Shown one piece after another: positions 59,969-64,000 of a DNA stretch of 64,000 nt. A model generated the notes under the pieces. The model was not told where the DNA came from. It ran no database searches and saw only the letters and a list, made by a program, of their open reading frames with translations. How positions within the stretch are numbered: the stretch's first letter is position 1; each line of letters begins with the position of its first letter. The stretch comes from Crocinitomicaceae bacterium (GTDB lineage: Bacteria > Bacteroidota > Bacteroidia > Flavobacteriales_D > Crocinitomicaceae), in contig JAQWFQ010000014.1 of the NCBI GenBank assembly GCA_029238665.1, positions 207,339-271,338 on the forward strand, written 5' to 3'. Both the position numbers and the translations under genes were made by a program.

Positions 59969-60940
59969 ATGGCATCGGTAAAACAAATAATGGCTCCTGT
60001 TACATCAGAAATGATGGAATTCGAAAACCGTTTTCGTGTAAGCATGAAGTCAAAAGTTCCCATGTTGAATAAAATAACACACTACATTATTCGACGAAAA
60101 GGAAAACAAATGCGTCCTATGTTTATTTTCCTTACGGCAAAAATGTTGGGAAATGTGAATGATAAAACCTATGATGGCGCAACCTTGGTTGAACTATTAC
60201 ATACAGCATCTTTGGTTCATGATGATGTTGTCGATGACGCGAATGAACGCAGGGGATTCTTTTCTGTGAACGCCTTATGGAAAAACAAAATTGCAGTACT
60301 CGTTGGAGACTACATGCTTTCAAAAGTACTACTCCTTTCAATCGAAAAAAACAACTCAAACCTTCTTGAAGTTGTAGCGAGAGCAGTTAAAGAAATGTCT
60401 GAAGGCGAATTACTTCAAATTGAAAAGGCGCGAAAACTAGACATTACTGAAGAGGTATATTTTGATGTAATTCGAAAAAAGACCGCATCCCTTATTTCTA
60501 CCTGCTGTGAATTGGGCGCTTTAAGTGTTGATCGATTGGACCAACGAGAGAATATGCGTGTATTTGGTGAATTAATCGGTATTGCCTTTCAACTAAAAGA
60601 TGATATTTTCGATTATGGTGAGCCAGGGCAAATTGGAAAGCCTACCGGATTAGACATTCGCGAACGAAAAATGACACTTCCTTTAATTTACGTTTTAAAT
60701 AACGGACCCAAGGAGGTCCGTAAAGAGCTGATCAATATTGTTAAGAATCAGAATGAAAACCCGAAAAAGGTTAAGCGTGCCGTAAAACTAGTCATTGACC
60801 ATGGTGGAATTGAATATGCACACAAAAGAATGCTCGAATACAAAGAAAAAGCATTAGATTTAATTAAAGACATTCCACACTCTGATTCTAAAGAATCAAT
60901 TATTGGATTAGTAGAATATACAACAACTAGAAAAAAATGA
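59969..60940 (+). CDS. Polyprenyl diphosphate synthase (long-chain, IspB-like)
   Basis: I start at ATG 59969 (MASVKQIMAP). First DDxxD in LVHDDVVDDANERRG and second in FQLKDDIFDY. Confidence 0.88.
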   Translation: MASVKQIMAPVTSEMMEFENRFRVSMKSKVPMLNKITHYIIRRKGKQMRPMFIFLTAKMLGNVNDKTYDGATLVELLHTASLVHDDVVDDANERRGFFSVNALWKNKIAVLVGDYMLSKVLLLSIEKNNSNLLEVVARAVKEMSEGELLQIEKARKLDITEEVYFDVIRKKTASLISTCCELGALSVDRLDQRENMRVFGELIGIAFQLKDDIFDYGEPGQIGKPTGLDIRERKMTLPLIYVLNNGPKEVRKELINIVKNQNENPKKVKRAVKLVIDHGGIEYAHKRMLEYKEKALDLIKDIPHSDSKESIIGLVEYTTTRKK

Positions 60941-61401
60941 TGCTTCGAATTTTATTATTAGCTACCGTTTTCGCTTTCGTTTCATGTAACGCTGATTCAA
61001 ACGAAAAGAGTACTGTTATTGAGCACGTTAAAAATGCAACACCAACGGTGCACCATAGTGACAAAGAACACGCACCCGTTATTGACAAAACAGAATTAGT
61101 TGTATTGGAAGATGGGACATACAAAGAATATTACCCCAATAAAAAAAATGTGAAATTTGAGGGACCACAAGATAAAAATGGCAAACGAAATGGTAAATGG
61201 CAATACTTTTCTGAATTGGGTGTCGAACTCTCTATGACGGTTTATAGTCATGGTGAAAAACATGGCCATACCATCGTAAAATATCCAAATGGAAACCTAC
61301 ACTACACTGGTGAATATTCAAACAACAAACCGATTGGTGTTTGGAAAACATATTCAATTAAAGGTGAAATGATTAATGAATTAGATTATAGCAAGCTTTA
61401 A
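60937..61401 (+). CDS. MORN-repeat (YwqK-like) lipoprotein
   Basis: 154 aa. Lipoprotein signal LLATVFAFVSC. Repeats of GKWQYF / HGHTIVKYPNGNLHYTGEY / GVWKTY type. ATGA overlap with the upstream gene. Confidence 0.65.
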   Translation: MMLRILLLATVFAFVSCNADSNEKSTVIEHVKNATPTVHHSDKEHAPVIDKTELVVLEDGTYKEYYPNKKNVKFEGPQDKNGKRNGKWQYFSELGVELSMTVYSHGEKHGHTIVKYPNGNLHYTGEYSNNKPIGVWKTYSIKGEMINELDYSKL

Positions 61402-61404
61402 TAA

Positions 61405-63447
61405 ATGGCCATTATACCTCCACATATTGTCGATGACATCATGCAGAACTCTCGTATTGAGGAGGTAATTGGAGAGTTCGTACAATTAAAAAGAGCTGGT
61501 TCTAACTTAAAAGGGTTAAGCCCCTTTACAGATGAAAAAACAGCATCGTTTGTTGTTTCACCCGCCAAACAAATTTTTAAATGTTTTTCCACAGGTAAAG
61601 GAGGTACAGTAGTGAGTTTTCTCATGGAAAAAGAACACTACACCTACCCTGAAGCTTTACGCTGGCTCGCAGAAAAATACGGCATTCAACTTCCTGAAGA
61701 CAAACCTGCAACGGCAGAAGAACTTGCTGCCATTTCAGAACGCGAGAGTCTTCACATTATCAATGAATTTGCAAAAGATCATTTTAAGAATAACCTACAC
61801 GATAGCGAGGAAGGGAAAAAAATAGCGCTTTCTTATTTCATTGAGCGTGGCTTTAGACCTGACATCATTGAAAAGTTTCAATTGGGGTACAGCATTAATA
61901 AAAGTGATGATTTTACCTCTGCAGCACTTACAAAAGGCTATAAAATAGACTACCTAGAAAAGGTTGGTATATCCAAAACAAAGGACAACCGCAGTTTTGA
62001 TTTTTTTCGCGGAAGGGTTATGTTTCCAATTCACTCGGTAAGCGGAAGAGTGCTTGGATTTGGTGGAAGAACCCTCTTTACAGATAAAAAAATTGCAAAA
62101 TATTTCAATTCCCCTGAAAGTATCATCTACAATAAAAGTGAAATCTTATACGGACTTCATTTTTCGAAAGGTGATATTATCAAATACGATAATTGTTTCC
62201 TTTGCGAAGGGTATACCGATGTAATCAGTATGTATCAAGCGGGAATACAAAATGTGGTATCTTCTTCAGGAACATCATTAACGCGCGAACAAATTCGATT
62301 AGTAAAACGCTACACGAAAAACATTACAATTCTTTATGATGGTGATGCAGCTGGAATAAAAGCCTCTTTTCGTGGCATTGATTTAATTCTTGAAGAAGGA
62401 CTGAATGTGAAAGTCGTTCTTTTTCCTGAAGGGGAAGATCCTGATTCATACTCAAAAGCCGTTAGTTCTTCAGAACTAGAAACCTATATAAAAACCAATC
62501 AACAAGATTTCATTTCTTTTAAGGCCGAAGTTTTATTAGAAACTGAAGGAAATGACCCTATAAAAAAGGCTACTTTAATTAAAGATTTAGCGCACAGTGT
62601 TTCTTTAATTCCAGATCAAATAACACGTAGTGTCTTTATCCCCGAGCTTGCAAAGCGTTTCAACCTTAAAGAAGAGGTTATTTGGACAGAAGTAACCAAA
62701 GCTAGAAATGAAGCCGTTGAAAAAGAAAAAAAAGACGCAAAACGAAGATCGAACGCACCAAATTCGACAGCTAAGGCAAGCACCGCTAGAACAAACACAA
62801 GCGCTCCCCATCCGACAGCTGACCCATATTTAAATGAACCTAGTCCATTTGAAGAGAGTCCGAGTATACCTGTTGAAATTCTAGAAAACCACAATGAACA
62901 TGACTTAATGCGCATACTGGTCCTATATGGTCCTATGGCAATTAGCCTTGAGCAAGTTGGAGAGAAAGGGCAAAAAACCCTACTAGAAGTCAGCGTGGCT
63001 GAATACATTTGCAGCTCATTAAATGAAGATGATTTAGGCTTTGAAAGCCCTACATTTACTTCAATGTATCAACTCATCAATGAATCTCTACAAGAAAATA
63101 CATTTTTAAAACCTGATTTTTTTAAAAGCCAATTGGATCAAGGTATTGTTCAGTTTGTATCTGAAATTGAAATGAATAAGCATGAACTAAGTCACAATTG
63201 GATTACTAGGCACAGCATTTTTACAAACTCAGAGCAAGACAAGTTAAAAGAGGCCGTTTTAGGATCTGTATATTCATTCAAATCTTCTAAAGTTGAGAAA
63301 CGAATTAAGGAAATTCAACAGCAACTCATTAAACTGGGGACTGAAATTACCAACGAAGAACTCATGGACTTATTATCGGAACAAGTTGCTCTTGAACAAA
63401 TCAAAAAAGCAATTTCAGTTCAGCTAGGAAGAATAATCATTCACTAG
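61405..63447 (+). CDS. dnaG: DNA primase
   Basis: 680 aa. Zinc-ribbon-like N-terminus with altered ligands, RNA polymerase core, TOPRIM (LCEGYTDV...LYDGDAAG), a low-complexity linker and a C-terminal helicase-interaction region. Confidence 0.93.
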   Translation: MAIIPPHIVDDIMQNSRIEEVIGEFVQLKRAGSNLKGLSPFTDEKTASFVVSPAKQIFKCFSTGKGGTVVSFLMEKEHYTYPEALRWLAEKYGIQLPEDKPATAEELAAISERESLHIINEFAKDHFKNNLHDSEEGKKIALSYFIERGFRPDIIEKFQLGYSINKSDDFTSAALTKGYKIDYLEKVGISKTKDNRSFDFFRGRVMFPIHSVSGRVLGFGGRTLFTDKKIAKYFNSPESIIYNKSEILYGLHFSKGDIIKYDNCFLCEGYTDVISMYQAGIQNVVSSSGTSLTREQIRLVKRYTKNITILYDGDAAGIKASFRGIDLILEEGLNVKVVLFPEGEDPDSYSKAVSSSELETYIKTNQQDFISFKAEVLLETEGNDPIKKATLIKDLAHSVSLIPDQITRSVFIPELAKRFNLKEEVIWTEVTKARNEAVEKEKKDAKRRSNAPNSTAKASTARTNTSAPHPTADPYLNEPSPFEESPSIPVEILENHNEHDLMRILVLYGPMAISLEQVGEKGQKTLLEVSVAEYICSSLNEDDLGFESPTFTSMYQLINESLQENTFLKPDFFKSQLDQGIVQFVSEIEMNKHELSHNWITRHSIFTNSEQDKLKEAVLGSVYSFKSSKVEKRIKEIQQQLIKLGTEITNEELMDLLSEQVALEQIKKAISVQLGRIIIH

Positions 63448-63448
63448 A

Positions 63449-64000
63449 TCACTTCAACAATCGTTGATACATTTGTATCGTATTCTCTAGCCCATAATAA
63501 AGTGCATCTCCTATTAAAGCATGCCCAATTGAAACCTCTAACAGCCCCTCTATTTTAGAGTCAAAATAGGCTAAATTTTCTAAGCTTAAGTCGTGTCCAG
63601 CATTAATCTCCAATCCCAATTCAGACGCTAATTTTGAAGCAATAACATACTCTTTAATTGCCGCCTCTTTATTTTTAGCATAGTTTAAAGCAAATGGACC
63701 GGTATAAAACTCAATGCGATCAACCCCACACTTTGCAGCATACTCTATATTTGTTAAGTCTGTATCTACAAAAATAGAAGATCTAACCCCCTTTAATTTC
63801 AGTTCTGCACTTAACTCCGTTAACATAGACTGATTCTGCTTTGTATTCCACCCTGCATTTGAAGTTAAAACTCCTGGCGCATCTGGAACAAGTGTAGCTT
63901 GCGCTGGAACAATGTCTGAAATCAAAGACATAAATCGATCATTTGGATATCCTTCAATATTGAATTCCGTTGTTACAACTTTCGACAAATCATACACATC
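63449..64000 (-). CDS. pdxJ: Pyridoxine 5'-phosphate synthase, 3' portion (N-terminus lies right of the window)
   Basis: More than 182 aa visible. Has ATLVPD, GVRSSIFVD, INAGHDL and VSIGHALI motifs. Confidence 0.9.
   Translation of the reverse strand, partial: DVYDLSKVVTTEFNIEGYPNDRFMSLISDIVPAQATLVPDAPGVLTSNAGWNTKQNQSMLTELSAELKLKGVRSSIFVDTDLTNIEYAAKCGVDRIEFYTGPFALNYAKNKEAAIKEYVIASKLASELGLEINAGHDLSLENLAYFDSKIEGLLEVSIGHALIGDALYYGLENTIQMYQRLLK

Noticed and set aside
60937-61401. The MORN/YwqK-like protein as the antitoxin of a toxin-antitoxin or polymorphic-toxin system.
   Set aside because: It carries a lipoprotein signal (FVSC) and is flanked by a polyprenyl synthase gene and dnaG, with no toxin-like partner. 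MORN-repeat lipoproteins are common stand-alone proteins in Bacteroidota.
1-64000. Searched by eye for CRISPR-like repeat arrays, tRNA/rRNA/tmRNA genes, transposases, integrases, phage genes, reverse transcriptases, toxin-antitoxin pairs or defence-type ATPase/nuclease clusters.
   Set aside because: None seen. Every ORF over about 100 aa in a plausible frame has a housekeeping or envelope assignment, or is a signal-peptide hypothetical. All intergenic gaps are under 350 bp and show no tRNA-like or array-like structure. A covariance-model scan would be needed to exclude small ncRNAs.

Overview
By eye this is an AT-rich stretch of conserved chromosomal backbone from a member of the Bacteroidota, probably Flavobacteriia-like. 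The supporting signals are two proteins with T9SS type B (gliding-motility-associated) C-terminal sorting domains, a complete MoxR/DUF58/BatA-E aerotolerance-type operon, split transketolase, TAnnTTTG -7 promoter boxes, A-rich start contexts without Shine-Dalgarno sequences, and many short gene overlaps. I did not compute GC content or run any searches.

Nearly all long ORFs have recognisable housekeeping functions:
- Nucleotide-sugar and LPS genes: ugd, UDP-xylose synthase, DegT aminotransferase, waaA, hldD.
- Cofactor genes: ribD, bioA, bioD, folE, PTPS/QueD, pdxJ, sufSE.
- Nucleotide genes: purK, hpt, adk, deoxynucleoside kinase.
- Cell wall genes: ddl, dacB.
- Replication, repair and translation genes: dnaG, uvrA, pheT, rlmN, obg.

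I found no rRNA, tRNA, CRISPR array, transposase, integrase, prophage or recognisable defence genes. I found no convincing undescribed multi-gene system.

The observations most worth a second look are at sequence level:
1. A DnaG primase whose zinc-ribbon has lost three of four canonical ligands.
2. A TlyA-like protein with an S4 domain and a methyltransferase fold but degenerate SAM and catalytic motifs.
3. Several -7 promoter boxes only 4-8 nt upstream of start codons, which suggests leaderless mRNAs and corrects several ORF-track starts.
4. An exported VWA protein gene wedged, with translational coupling, between the two halves of split transketolase.
5. Two PTPS/QueD paralogs with eukaryote-like C-x5-HGH spacing.
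6. An unannotated 32-codon membrane ORF with its own promoter box.

Functional calls rest on motif and family recognition from memory, not on database searches.
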